DNA from: Cetorhinus maximus
Lineage: Eukaryota
Assembly: GCF_964194155.1 (NCBI RefSeq)
Contig: NC_135885.1
Coordinates: forward strand, 21,514,001-21,578,000
DNA: 64,000 nt
Reading direction: 5' to 3'
How positions within the stretch are numbered: the stretch's first letter is position 1; every line of letters starts with the position of its first letter. A program made the position numbers and the translations under genes. Under the pieces are notes generated by a model. It worked only from the letters and a program-made list of their open reading frames with translations. It was not told where the DNA came from and did no database searches. Shown one piece after another: positions 12,141-24,601 of the stretch.

Positions 12141-13129
12141 GTAAGTTGTGATAAGTTGTATTGGTTTAGGCAAATATAATCAAACCTCTTTGAATCCAGA
12201 GTGGATCTAACAGATACATAGCTAAACAGTGCTGAAAAGCCACCAGAGGGGAAAAAAAGACTCCATTTAATCACCTTTAAATCTTATGGAATTAGATAGT
12301 TCTGTCACATTTGAGTTTGATCAGAGGACCAAGCTATGCAGCCTTTCTTAAAAGATGCTGCTGAAAGATTTTACACATATGCCTAACAGGAGAAACAAAA
12401 GACGAATCATTGTACACAACCATTTAGTAAGTGCTGTTTGCTTCTGAAACCTGTGTTGTTCGCAACACTGCCATGCGTTCCCCTCCTCCTGCCTCCTCTA
12501 CCTTACTCAATGATGGCTTTGCAAGGACACCTTTTATAATGCCTCAGTCAATCTCTGGCCTCTTGCACTTCTCCAATCTTTCGACATTGGTTGTATCCCT
12601 CCGGCCCTAGTTTCTCTCCGGTTTCTTTCTCACCTGTTGTTCTTAGTTGAGTCTCCCTTTCTCACTCCCCTGAACTTCTTTTCCCTCTCGGTCCACTTCT
12701 GGCTTTGGTTCCTTCCATTCGGTTACTAAGAGCAACTCACATAGGTCTTTCCCTGTAGAGTTGCATTTTGTTCCCATTGTCGCCTAGCTTCACAATGTTT
12801 AGGATGCAAATTTTCAAAGTCATCAAAATAGCTTGGGACACTGGAATTGTAAGCTTCAGAAGGAGTGTTACTGCTTAATTTTCACCCCTTGTTTCCCCTA
12901 TAAGGAGAGCTAAAAGAAAGAGGAGACCCTGATGGCCTGTGAATAAGTGCAGTCAATTGTCCATAATGTACAAATGAAAATAGACCCGTTTCTTCCTTTT
13001 CGGAGAAAGGATTAGGACAGGAAGCAGGAATAGGGAGTAGTGGCCACAAAGCAAATGGGAAGCGTACTAAGTAAGAGTTTGAAACTGGCGCAGACAGTTG
13101 AGGGAAGAGTTTGTCAGAGCAGTATCAGG

Positions 13130-13365
13130 AAAGCAGGAAGTGCTGGAAAATTCAGGAGGTCTGGCATCATCTGTGGAGAGATAAACTGAGATAACGTTTC
13201 GAGTCCACTAGGACTCTCCTTCAGAACTGTTCCGAAGAAGAGTCATACTGGACTCGAAATGTTAACCCTGTTTCTCTCCACAGATGCTGCCAGACCTGCT
13301 GAATTTTTCTGGCATTTTCTGTTTTTATTTCAGATCTTCAGCATCTGCAGTATTTTGCTTCTATT
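13130..13365. mobile_element. Inverted (palindromic) Penelope pLTR remnant with two hammerhead-like motifs
   Basis: Imperfect inverted arms of about 95 bp centred near 13228. Confidence 0.75.
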
Positions 13366-13789
13366 TCAGTGTCAGGAAAGGATGGAGCAGAATGGACAAT
13401 TATCCCAGGAATTAAAATCAGTTATCAACCGACCCAGTTTTAATGGAAATTGGAACTGGTCCAGTTGAGTTACTCCCTGTTGACCAATTGAGCTGTTCCC
13501 ACTTGGCTAGTTGAATTGTCTCCAGTTGGTAAGTGGAGCTTTGAGGAAAAGGAAGTTACTGATGGAAGATTAATCTCTTTTGCTCAAAGAAATTTCTTTA
13601 AAAATTGCGGTTGAACACTTTGGTATCCAAAACTTGGGCATTTTTAAAATAAAAATAATTCTGGTCAGAATTAATGTTGGAAGTTTGGTGTCCTTGAGTA
13701 AACCTTTAAAAAGAAACTGCCTGTCAAGAAGTGGCCCTTAACTTGAGTTTCATGTGAGTTTATACACCTTAAAACTGTAAAACGTCTCT

Positions 13790-14135
13790 GTGGCTGCAGG
13801 GTGAGCTGCAGTAACTCACCAAAATTTCTTCGACAGCAGTTTCCAAACCGGTGAACTCCGTCACCTAGAAGAGCAGCAAGTACATGGGGACATCACCTCC
13901 TCAAGTTCCTCTTCAAGCCGTGCACCATCCTGCCTTTGGCATGTACTGCAATTTCTTCTTCATTGCTGAGTCAAAAATCCGGGAACTCCCCGACTAATAC
14001 CATTGTGGGAGCACCTTAACAACACAGACTTCAATGATTCAAGATGAAAATCCATCATCACCTTCTCAAGGAGAATTAGAGATGGACAATAAATGCTGGC
14101 CTTATCAGCGACTCCCATAATCTCAAGAACGAATA
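13790..14135 (+). mobile_element. Crack/CR1-related LINE 3' tail (degraded)
   Basis: Matches 42370-42710. Confidence 0.7.
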
Positions 14136-14266
14136 ATTTGAAAAAAGAACATGTTATTGACTAATAGTTATGAGCAGGCTTAATACTCCTGAATAGCTAA
14201 GTCGAAAATGTACTTGATTTTGTTGGAAGTGTTTCTTAACATCATTTCTTTTTTTGCAATATGCAG

Positions 14267-14397
14267 GCCACGGTCTCTGGGTAGCTCAGTATGGTGATCA
14301 GCGACCAGTGTTTGACGTTCTCGGCAGCGATGGCACCTCCTTATCTCCTGCTTTATCTGGATTATATTTGTTCTTTACGATGATAATTGTCCTGCAG
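14267..14397 (+). CDS. ATP10A: ATP10A-like exon ([43 protein letters not shown]; exoplasmic loop to TM4)
   Basis: Polypyrimidine tract with tgcAG acceptor and GTaaca donor. Length 131 bp. Frame is continuous with neighbouring exons. Confidence 0.93.
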
Positions 14398-14589
14398 GTA
14401 ACACAGCTGAAACCTTTTAATTGCACAACAATTTTCGTTTTAGAATAGGACATTGTTCTTCCCAGTCGTGCACCAGGATTTTAGTGGGCTGAAATCTCGC
14501 CTTATTACATAAGCCAGTAATACCCGTCCTGTCTGATGGATCAAAGCTTCCAGACCCAAAAAAAAGAATTGTAACTTCCCCAATTTCCT

Positions 14590-14845
14590 CCGCTCCAGCA
14601 TTGGTGGTTATGCCTTTAGCTGTTTGGCCCCTAAGCTCTGGAATTTCCCTCCCTGAACACCTCTGGCTCTCTACCCTCCTTTTAAGACTTGCCTTAAAAC
14701 CTACCTCTTTAAACAAGATTTTACTCATCCGTCCTAATATCTCCTTACATGGCTCAGCATCAAGTTTTGCCTGATAGCGCTCCTGTGAAGCACTTTGGCA
14801 CAGACTACTACTGTTAACGGGGCTTAATAAATGCAAGTTGTTGTC
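14590..14845 (+). mobile_element. L2-type LINE 3' end
   Basis: ccctaagctctggaatttccctccc...taaaacctacctcttt...aaatgcaagttgttgt tail. Confidence 0.7.
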
Positions 14846-15584
14846 ATTTACATTTTGCATTGCACTTGTCTTCAGTCCTGTGTCTATGATATCATTACAA
14901 TTTAAACATAATACCTAAATATAAAGACTTCCAATGATCTGCTAGGTTCTATTATACACTTGGTGGGACAAGGTCTCCTGTCTTCCTTACTGTGAAGACT
15001 GGGGTTCAAAAGCAAGATGTTTCAGTGAGTGATAATAAATTTCCAGGGGGCAAAAACATTGCTACAGACCAATAGTTTTAATTTGCAGCTCTCAGATTCC
15101 AGACTTCTCAGATTTCTTTATTTCAGATCTTCAGCACCCGCAATATTTTGATTTTAGCCACCAGTTTTCTGTCCTCACCTACATTCTGACGCCTGCTGGA
15201 TATGGTTCCACAGGCTGTCAGCTTCCAGTACCTCCTGAAATAGACACTTTCCAAGTCTGCGCCTTGATAGGGAGTGTCAGCAGGCTTAGAAAGGTATTGT
15301 AGGCTAGCTCAATCCTGCCTTCACGGAAGCACTTTCCTGTCACCGAGTGGTAGCAGGAGTGAAATCTTTGACAGTTTCCTCCCCATTTCTCGCACAGGGA
15401 ACTATGTTCACAGTTCCAGCACCAAACAGCTGTTTTATTAAAATGCTCATTCGGGATCAGTTGGAGGAATTAATCAAAGTAAGCATCAGTCGTGGAAATG
15501 ACACGCAAGTTGAAGTCGGGAGTTAGAGTTTCTTTCTGGTTAATCTTTGTGAATCAGTGAGATATACCTGTCCCATCCCAAAGA

Positions 15585-15925
15585 CAGAAATCTAGGCTGA
15601 TGCTCCAGTATTGTGGGAGTACTGCGCTGTGTTGCAGCTGCCACCTACCAGATGAGGTGTTAAACTAAGGCCCCCCTCTGTCGTCTTAGGTGGATCTAAA
15701 AGATCGAAGAAGAGCAGGGAAGTTATTCCCCGGTGTCCTGGCCGACATGCATCACAAAAACAAGTTATATGGTCGTTTTCACATTGCTGTTTGTGGGAGC
15801 TTGCTATGCACAAATTTCTGCCATGTTTCCTGCATTACAACAGTGACCACATTTCAAAAAGCACTTCAATGGCTGTAAAGTGCTTTGGGGTCATGAAAGG
15901 TGCTATACAAATGCAAGTTTTCTTT
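15585..15925 (+). mobile_element. DeuSINE (SacSINE1/AmnSINE1-like), 5'-truncated
   Basis: Deu-domain-like text tctaggctgatgctccagta...gaagaagagcaggga...cacattgctgtttgtgggagcttgct, with an L2-like tail aaatgcaagt. Confidence 0.8.
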
Positions 15926-16118
15926 TAAAGTTGATCTATTCACTCTAACTGAACTTTGGTGATCTCTGTGTCTTTCATTAACCTTCAGTCAGCCGCACGC
16001 AGCAACACTGCTGAGATGGAAAATTGTTTTTCTGGAAATTGGGTTTCCACTATTCTAACGGTGGTATTGCTTTGTACGGGAACATGTTCATGTTACATTA
16101 TAATTTTTTTTAATGCAG

Positions 16119-16371
16119 GTGTTGATTCCGATCTCACTCTACGTTTCCATTGAGATCATTAAAATCTGCCAAGTATTTTTCATCCATCAAGACACAGACC
16201 TATATGATGAAGAGACAGACTCTCGGCTACAATGCCGAGCACTAAACATCACAGAAGATCTGGGGCAAATACAGTATATTTTCTCTGACAAAACTGGCAC
16301 ACTGACGGAAAATAAAATGGTGTTCAGACGATGTACTGTGGCAGGGGTTGAGTATTCTCACGATGCCAATG
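16119..16371 (+). CDS. ATP10A: ATP10A-like exon with the TM4 PISL motif and the P-domain phosphorylation motif DKTGTLT
   Basis: Encodes [12 protein letters not shown]...[30 protein letters not shown]. tgcAG acceptor and GTaagt donor. Length 253 bp. Confidence 0.97.
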
Positions 16372-16699
16372 GTAAGTCAGGCTCGCTGCTGGTGCTAATT
16401 ATAGTAACCCCTGTTTTAGCAAAGTGAAGCCTGTATGGAGAACGCCTCTGGCTCCATGTGTAACCTGCCAGATTGTGCAATGCAGACAAGTACAAGTAAG
16501 GGAGACTCTGAGCCCTGGTCTGTTCTGAATGAGCTGATTTCAGCATGGGGCAATGATGGGGGTTACACGCAGATGCGAGAGGTGGCAGGGATTGCGGTGG
16601 GGGTGGGGGGTGCAGTAAACGCTGCTATCACCAATGCTGACGTGTACCCCTGTATGGTGCTAAACCCACATGGAAAATAATCCTTTTTTTTTCAATTTA

Positions 16700-17060
16700 G
16701 GGAGGTGATGGCATAGTGGTATTTGCACTGGACTAGTATTCCAGAGAGCCAGGGTAATGCTCTGGGCACCAGGGTTCAGATCATACCTTGGCAGATGGTG
16801 AAATTTGAATTCAATAAAATCTGGAATTAAAAGTCTGCTGAGTCTGAGCATGAAACCATTGTCGCTTGTTGTAAAAACTCATCTGGTTCACTAATGTCCT
16901 TTAGGGAAGGAAATCTTCTGTCCTTACCTTATCTAGCCTACATGTGACCCCAGACCCACAGCAATGTGGTTGACTCTTAAATGCCCCCTGAACAAGGGCA
17001 ATTAGGGATGGGCAATAAATGCTGGCCTAGCCAGAGGAGTCCACATCCCATGAACGAATT
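16700..17060 (+). mobile_element. tRNA-derived SINE sharing its 3' tail with the Crack/CR1-related LINE
   Basis: A-box TGGCATAGTGG at 16709-16719, anticodon-like stem ctgga/tccag and B-box-like GGTTCAGATC at 16773-16782. The tail at 16993-17059 matches the LINE tail at 42643-42710. Confidence 0.85.
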
Positions 17061-17908
17061 TTTTTTTAAAAATTGTCTTCATTCAGATTTGTTTCAATAA
17101 TTCATTTTCCATATGTCAGTGCGTTCTGTACGTGGTTCGTTAGGATATCGTAACTACCCAGTCCCTGGCTTAAAAGCACCAACCGTAGGCTGTCATGTTG
17201 TAAAACCCATTGTGACTACCTTTATCATCTCAGTGAAGCCCCAAAGAGAAGATTTTACACTGGAATCGAGTTATCTGATTTACCCCTGCCACCACTGAAT
17301 GGAAGTGGTTATAAGATTGGAAGATTAATAAGGTGTCAGTGGTCTGTCCATCCGGCACAACCCACCACAGAAAAAGGGAGGGTGAGAAATGACCAATGCA
17401 GTGAATGTAGAGCAAGCAGCTCAAATTAACAATCCTACAATATCAATTCTAATTTAGAACAATTTGTGGAGAATGTTCAGTATCAGCTGGTTAAAACTGT
17501 AAAATCAAACATTCGCTGCAGTCCTGTAATCTCTTCTACTCTGTACTAGACACCTATTACCCATACAGAGTATGAATGTACCATGTATAAGAAGGGAATG
17601 CACATATTTTGAAGGTAAATTTCTTTTTAATTTGGGGGATTTGAACTCCATTCATCCGTGTCGGAGTTCAGGCTGAAGCTGTATGGTGATGCACTGATCC
17701 GATTGCACCTGGTTTACTGTGTTCTGGTCACCATGGCACTACATGTCCACTCAGGCCCTGGTTGTAATGTGGAGAAGAGCAAGAAGATTAACACACTGTG
17801 ATAGAGGGATAAGTGTTGAGAAATGTCTTGATAAACAAAGACTCTATCCAGCCTCAGTAAACCTGTCTGAGAGGACCTTTATAAGGGTATGCAAGATTTC
17901 TTTTTAAT

Positions 17909-19128
17909 ATTCATTCAAGGGATGCTGGCTGGGCCAGCATTTATTGCCCATCCTTAATTGCCCTTGAGAAGTTGGTGATGAGCTGCCTTCTTGAACTGCT
18001 TGCAGTCCATGCGGTGTAAGTACACTCACAGTGCTGTTAGGGAGGGAGTTCCAGGATTTTGACCCAGCGACAGTGAAGGAACGGTGATATATTTCCAAGT
18101 CAGGATGGCTTAGAGGAGAACTTCCAGGTGGTGGTGTTCCCATGTATCTGCTGCCCTTGTCTTTCTAGATGGTAGCGCTCGTGGGTTTGGAAGATACTAT
18201 CTAAGGAGTCTTGGTGAGTTTCTGCAGTGCATCTTGTAGATGGTACGCACTGCCACTACTGTGCATCAGTGGTAGAGGGAGTGAATATTTACGGATGGGG
18301 TGCCAATCAAGTGAGCTGCTTTGTCCTGAAAGGTGTCGAGCTTCTTGAGTGTTGTTGGAGTTGCACTCACCCAGGCAAGTGGAGAGTATTCCATCACACT
18401 CCTGACTTGTGCCTTGTAGATGGTGGACAGGCTTTGGGGAGTCAGGAGATGAGTTACTCGCCCTCGCCGCAGGATTCCTAGCTTCTGACTTGGTCTTGTA
18501 GCCACAGTATTTATATGGCTAGTCCAGTTCAGTTTCTTTTCAATGGTAACCCCTAGGATGTTGACAGTAGGGGATTCAGCGATGGTAATGCCATTGAATG
18601 TCAAGGGGCGATGGCTAGATTCTCTCTTGTTGGGGATGGTCATTGCCCAGCACTTGTGTGGTGCAAATGTTACTTGCTACTTGTCAGCCCAAGCTGGATG
18701 TTGTCCAGGCCTTGCTGCATTTGGACATGGACTGCTTCAGTATCTGAGGAGTCGCGAATGCTGCTGAACATTGTGCAATTATCAAACATCCCCACTTCTG
18801 ACCTTATGATGGAAGGACGGTCATTGATGAAGCAGCTGAAGATGGTTGGGACTAGAACACTACCCTGAGGAATCCCTGCAGAGATATCATGGGGCTGAGA
18901 TGACGGTCCTCCAACAACCACAACCACCTTCCTTTGTGCTAGGCATGACTCCAACCAGCAGAGAATTTTCCCCCTTATTCCCATTGACTCCAGGTTTGCT
19001 AGGGCTCTTTGATGCCACACTCTGTCAAATGCGGCCTTGATGTCAAGGGTAGTCACTTTCACCTTACTTCTGGAGTTCAGCCCTTTTGTCCATGTTTGAA
19101 CCAAGGCTGTAATGAGGTCAGGAGCTGC
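17909..19128 (-). mobile_element. Crack/CR1-related LINE, RT domain to 3' end
   Basis: Encodes LDIKAAFDRVWH and PQGSVLVPTIFSCFIND, with the same 3' tail as the other copies. Confidence 0.88.
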
Positions 19129-19189
19129 ATCATAATAGAATGAAGGTGACAAGGCTATTTTTTTTTAAAATGGGGATCCTAACCTTATA

Positions 19190-19800
19190 AGATGAGTCAC
19201 AGAGTACTAAAGTGAGGAATTTATGCTAACTCTTTATCAATCACTGGATTGGTCTCAGCTGGTGTATTGTGTGAAATTCTGGGCCTCTCACTTTAGGAAG
19301 GATGGCAAGGCCTTGGCGAGGGTGCTGAGGCGATTTACTATAATTATACCAGGGTTGAAAGATTTTGGTTATGTGGAGAAACTAGAACATCTGGGATTGT
19401 TTTCCTTAAAGCACAGAAGGTTAAGGGGAGATTTAATAGAGGTGTTCAAAATGATGAGGGGTCTTGATGGCGTAGGTAAGGAAAAAAACCTGTCCCCATT
19501 GGCAAGAACATCGATAACCAGAGTTAGGCAGATTTAAGGTAAATGATAAAAATCCAGGGAGGAAATTAGAATCTTTTCACAAAACATTTTGTAGTAATCT
19601 GGATTGCTCTAACCGAAAGGGTGTCAGAAACAGATTCAGTAATAACATTCAAATGGGAATTGGATAAACACTTGAAACGGATAGATTTGCAGGACTACGG
19701 TGAAAGAGCAGGTGTTTAGAGCTAATTAGGTTGCTCTTTCAAAGAGCCAGTACAGGCACAATGGACCGAATGACCTTTTTTTGTGCTGTATAATTTTATG
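19190..19800 (+). mobile_element. CR1 3' end
   Basis: Encodes LVYCVKFW...LGLFSLKHRRLRGDLIEVFK. Confidence 0.8.
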
Positions 19801-20264
19801 GCTTGGATTTCAACTTAAATGCAATGGCCCCACCTGCCCGTCCGGGAAGTCAGGGGCGAGCTCACCTCTGCCTGCCCTGGAAGTCATGACTCTATATTGT
19901 TCAGGCAATTAATTGCCTGAAGTCATGGCTTCCACCCTTCTTGATGCCCCACCTTCAAGAGCTGCCAGCCAATGAGAGGACCGGCAGCTTTTCAGTCCCA
20001 GCAGTAGCACCACCACCCAGAGCACTGGCCGCTGCTGGGATTGTGGAAACCCTTGGACGAACGACCCCAGAGCAGGCCCAGAAGAGAGGTAAGGGATTGC
20101 CAGAACCATTGAGGCTCACTGGACAATCCTCCGTGGAGCAGGTGGTGTCCGATCAGCTTCCCTCCTTGCCCGCCGCCCCACAGCTTGTGGGTGGACAGCA
20201 GACTTGTACTTGTTTTCCAACTTTTCTAATGCTGAGCCACACTTGGGGATTTCAAAGACAGAGT

Positions 20265-20516
20265 GTTGCTCATGTTACTGATGGTGTTGCTCATGTTACT
20301 GATGGTGTTGCTCATGTTACTGATGGTGTTGCTCATGTTACCGATGGTGTTGCTCATGTTACCGATGGCGTTGCTCATGTTACCGATGGCGTTGCTCATG
20401 TTACCGATGGCGTTGCTCATGTTACCGATGGCGTTGCTCATGTTACCGATGGCGTTGCTCATGTTACCGATGGCGTTGCTCATGTTACCGATGGCGTTGC
20501 TCATGTTACTGATGGT
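20265..20516. repeat. 21-bp minisatellite, 12 copies (GTTGCTCATGTTACYGATGGY)
   Basis: Directly visible tandem array, 252 bp. Confidence 0.97.
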
Positions 20517-20748
20517 GATGAAGGAAGTTGTGGAATGATACTAGAAAATGCTCTAGACAGTGTTTCCTGTTGGAGAAGGTAAGAGAGGGGGACAGAAAGA
20601 GGATTGGAAAAGAGCAGAAAATTGGGATTCAATAGTCTAAAATATTGTTTTATTTTAGTTTAAGCACAATTCAATTTTTCAGTAGTTTGATTTTATATCT
20701 TTGACATTTTAATGTGCAGTTAATGTAAATCTCTTATTCCTTGAACAG

Positions 20749-20966
20749 CAAAGAGATTGGCCATGTACCAAGAGCCTGACTCAGAGGATGAGGAATGTAC
20801 GTCTAAATCGGGAGCTATACCAAGGTGTGATAGCACATCCAGTCATCAGAGTGCCAAAATTGTTCACCGAACGCAAAGCACTAAATCTCATCGGCGGACT
20901 GGCAGTAGGGCAGAGGCTAAGAGGGCCAGCATTCTCTCCAAACACACTGCTTTCAGCAGCCCTATG
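20749..20966 (+). CDS. ATP10A: ATP10A-like exon ([16 protein letters not shown]...[34 protein letters not shown])
   Basis: aacAG acceptor and GTtagt donor. Length 218 bp. [22 protein letters not shown] matches my recollection of ATP10A rather than ATP10B or ATP10D. Confidence 0.93.
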
Positions 20967-21044
20967 GTTAGTATGCATACCATACTGGAGAGTGGCTCAG
21001 GATGCATTTTGTTTCATTTTAGTTAAGTTCCATGTTAAAACATG

Positions 21045-23145
21045 CCTCAAACTCAGAAGGTTGTGGGTTCAGGCTACATAAGACCATAAGACGTGGGAGC
21101 AGAAATTAGGCCATTCGGCCCATCGAGACTGCTCCGCCATTCAATCATGGCTGATAAGTTTCTCAACTCCACTCTCCCGCCTTCTCCCCGTAACCTTTGA
21201 TCCCCTTACCAATCAAGAACCTATCTATCTCCGTCTTAAATACACTCAATGACCTGGCCTCCACAGTCTTCTGTGGCAATGAATTCCATAGATTCACCAC
21301 TCTCTGGCTAAAGAAGTTTCTCCTCATCTCTGTTCTAAAAGGTCTTCCCTTTACTCTGAGGCTGTGCCCTCGGGTCCTAGTCTCTCCTACTAATGGAAAC
21401 ATCTTCCCCACGTCCACTCTATCCAGGCCTTTCAGTATTCTGTAAGTTTTAATCAGATCCCCCCCCATATCCTTCTAAACTCCATCGAGTATAGACCCAG
21501 AGTCCTCAAACATTCCTCATATGTTAAGCTTTTCATTCCTGGGATTATTCTCGTGAACCTCCTCTGGACCCTCTCCAGGGCTAGCACATCCTTCCTGAGA
21601 TACGGGGCCAAAAATTGCTCACAATATTCTAAATGTGGTCTGACCAGAGCCTTATAAAGCCTCAGCAGCACATCCCTGCTTTTATATTCTAGTCCTCTCG
21701 AAATAAATGCCAACATTGCATTTGCCTTCCTAACTACCGACTCAACCTGCAAGTTAACCTTAAGAGAATCCTGGACTAGGACTCCCAAGTCCCTTTGCAC
21801 TCCAGACTTCTGAATTCTCTCCCCATTTAGAAAATAGTCTATGCATCTATTCTTCCTACCAAGTGCATGACCTCACACTTCCCCACGTTTTATTCCATCT
21901 GCCACTTCTTTGCCCATTCTCCTAACCTGTCCAAATCCTTCTGCAGCCTCCCCGCCTCCTCAATACTACCTGTCCCTCCATCTATCTTTGTATCATCTGC
22001 AAACTTAGCCAGGATGCCCTTGGTTCCTTCATCTAGATCATTAATATATAAAGTGAAAAGTTGTGGTCCCAACACTGACCCCTGCAGAACTCCACTAGTC
22101 ACTGGCCGCCATCCTGAGAAGGACCCCCTTATTCCCACTCTCTGCCTCCTGCCAGACAGCCAATCTTCTATCCATGTTAGTACCTTGCCTCTAACACCAT
22201 GGGCTCTTATCTTACTGAGCAGCCTCCTGTGCGGCAACTTGTCAAAGGCCTTCTGGAAGTCCAAGTAGATAACATCCATTGGCTCTCCTTTGTCTAACCT
22301 ACTCGTTACCTCCTCAAAGAATCCTAACAGATTTGTCTGGCATGACCTCCCCTTGATGAAACCATGCTGACTTTGCCTGATTTTACCATGCACTTCCAAG
22401 TATTCTGAAATCTCATCCTTAATAATGGACTCTAAAATCTTACCAACGACCGAGGTCAGGCTAATCGGCCTGTAATTTCCCGTCTTTTGCCTCACTCCCT
22501 TCTTAAACAGGTGGGTTACATTAGCGATTTTCCAGTCCTCTGGGACCCTCCCTGACTCCAGTGATACCTGAAAGATCACCACTAACGCCTCCACTATCTC
22601 TTCAGCTATCTCCTTCAGAACTCTGGGGTGTAATCCATCTGGTCCAGGTGATTTATCCACCTTCAGACCTTTCATTTTTCCTAGCACCTTCTCCTTGGTA
22701 ATGGCCACCATACTCACCTCTGCCCCCCGACTCTCTTGAACTTTGGGGATGTCACTCGTGTCTTCCACTGTGAAGACTGACGCAAAGTACCTATTCAGTT
22801 CCTCCGCCATTTCTTTGTTCCCCACTACTACTTTTCCAGCGTCATTTTCCAGCATCATACACTCAAGCACCTAATCTAGAATCTAGGCTCATCTTTAATG
22901 CAGCACTGAAGGAGTGCTGCATTGTCATGGGTGGTATCTTTTGGATGCAATGCTAAAACTGGGACTAGTCGGCTTGTTCAGGTGGTTACAAATGATCCCA
23001 TGGCACTATTCAAAGAAGATTAAGGGGAGTTTGCCAAGTATCCTTCCCAACAGTTATCCCTTAACAAGCACCAGAAAAGCAAGTTAACTTGTTATTTATC
23101 TCATTTACTTGCTGTGGAACCTTCATGTATAAGTTGGCTAGGAAT
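21045..23145 (+). mobile_element. DeuSINE split by the CR1 (head 21045-21076, body 22851-23145)
   Basis: The head tcagaaggttgtgggttca lies before the CR1. The Deu body tctaggctcatc..gcagcactgaaggagtgctgc resumes after it. Confidence 0.65.
21077..22850 (-). mobile_element. Young 5'-truncated CR1 LINE (326-aa uninterrupted RT segment)
   Basis: Encodes KSPGPDGLHPRVLKE, YLDFQKAFDK, QGSVLGPQLF and KFADDTK. Has a short cataagac tandem tail. Confidence 0.93.
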
Positions 23146-23189
23146 TTTAAATCAACATGTCACCAGATTAACTCGTATTTGCAGTAACG

Positions 23190-24410
23190 AGTTGGACTCG
23201 GGAATGGGAAGAACAATTTCAGAATTTGTGGATCGCACCAAATTGGGGGTGTAGTTAACACAATAGAATGTGACAAATTGCAAGGGGATGTTAGAAATCT
23301 TGCATAAAGGGTTTGTAAATGGCAGATGAGTTTTAATACAGTAAATGTGAGATGGTGCATTTTGGTAGGGAGAATCTAAGGGCCGCATACTGTTTGGATA
23401 ACAAGAGATTAACCGGGATAGAGGAGCAAAGGGAAAGATGCAAAAATGGATGATACCAGAGCCAAGAGGATATACTTATCAGGAAAGGCTGGGGTTCTTT
23501 TGTCTAGAAAAGAGAAGGTTGAGGAGTGACTTTACAGAGGCCATTAAGCTAACGAAAAGATTTGATAGGGTAGACGTAGAGAAAATATTTCCAGCTGTGG
23601 GGCGGTCCAAAACTAGAGGTCAGAAATGGAAGATATTCACTGATAAATCCAACAGGGAATTCAGAAGAATTTTTTCTCAGGGAGTGGTTAGCGGGAGGAA
23701 CGTGCTACAACAAGTAGCAACAAGTTGTAACAAGCACAACAATATTTTAGGCAAACAAAACACAAATACATTATAGTGGAAGCTAAACAAAGATGTGAAG
23801 GAGAAAGGAATAGAGAACACAAGAGATAGGAGCAGGAGTAGACCACATGGCCCATTGGACCTGCTCCGTCATTCAATACAATCATGGCTGATCTTGGGCT
23901 TCAACTCCAATTTCCTGCACACTCCCCATATCCCTTAATTCCCTGAGAGACCAAAAATCTGTCTATCACAGCCTTAAACGTATTCAACAATGAAACATCC
24001 ACAGCCCTCTGGGGTAGAGAATTCCAAAGATTCACAACCCCGAGTGAAGTAATTTCTCCTCATCTCAGTCCTAAATGATTGGCCCCTTATCCTGAGACTG
24101 TGCCTCTGCGTTTTAGATTCCTCGACCAGCAGAAAGAATTTCTCAGCATCTACCCTTTCAAGCCCCCTCAGAAGTTTGTAGGTTTTAATGAGATCACCTC
24201 TCATTCTTTTAAACTCCAGAGAACATGCATCCAATTTACTTAGCCTTTCATTACAGGACAACACCCTCACCCAGGGACCAATCTGGTAAACTTTTGAAAG
24301 GATATGCTGATGAGGGTTGAATGAAAAGTAGTGGGAAGAGGCTTGTATGGAGTATAAATACCAGCAAAGACCAGTTGGGTTGAATGACCTGTTGCTCTGC
24401 TGTAAACATG
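23190..24410. mobile_element. Old + strand CR1 3' region with a - strand CR1 3' end (23815-24295) nested inside
   Basis: CR1 ORF2 C-terminal peptides on both strands (EKRRLRSD and RMRGDLIKTYK). Confidence 0.7.
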
Positions 24411-24601
24411 ATGGAACTTGATGCGGGTGATAACTTTTTCAGTTTAAGCTGTGTGGTAAGGCCGATGTGAGAGTTAGCCATATGTTTCCCTAGAACTACT
24501 TGCATTTGGGGAACAACCTATGAGCACGTTAGTACGCTACAGACATGAGCTGTAGCTTTGTCTCCCAGAGTGTTCCATGCCAAATGTTATTTATTTTCTA
24601 G

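Noticed and set aside
16700-16790. Functional tRNA gene
   Set aside because: It has an extra insert between the arms and no acceptor stem, and it is followed by a SINE body and LINE tail. It is a SINE head.
20265-20516. CRISPR-like array
   Set aside because: The units are directly tandem with no unique spacers, the context is eukaryotic and there are no cas genes.
19941-20582. 213-aa ORF with VAHVTDG repeats as a novel protein
   Set aside because: The frame is open because a 21-bp stop-free minisatellite adjoins a decayed GC-rich element. Several frames on both strands are open and it lies in an intron.
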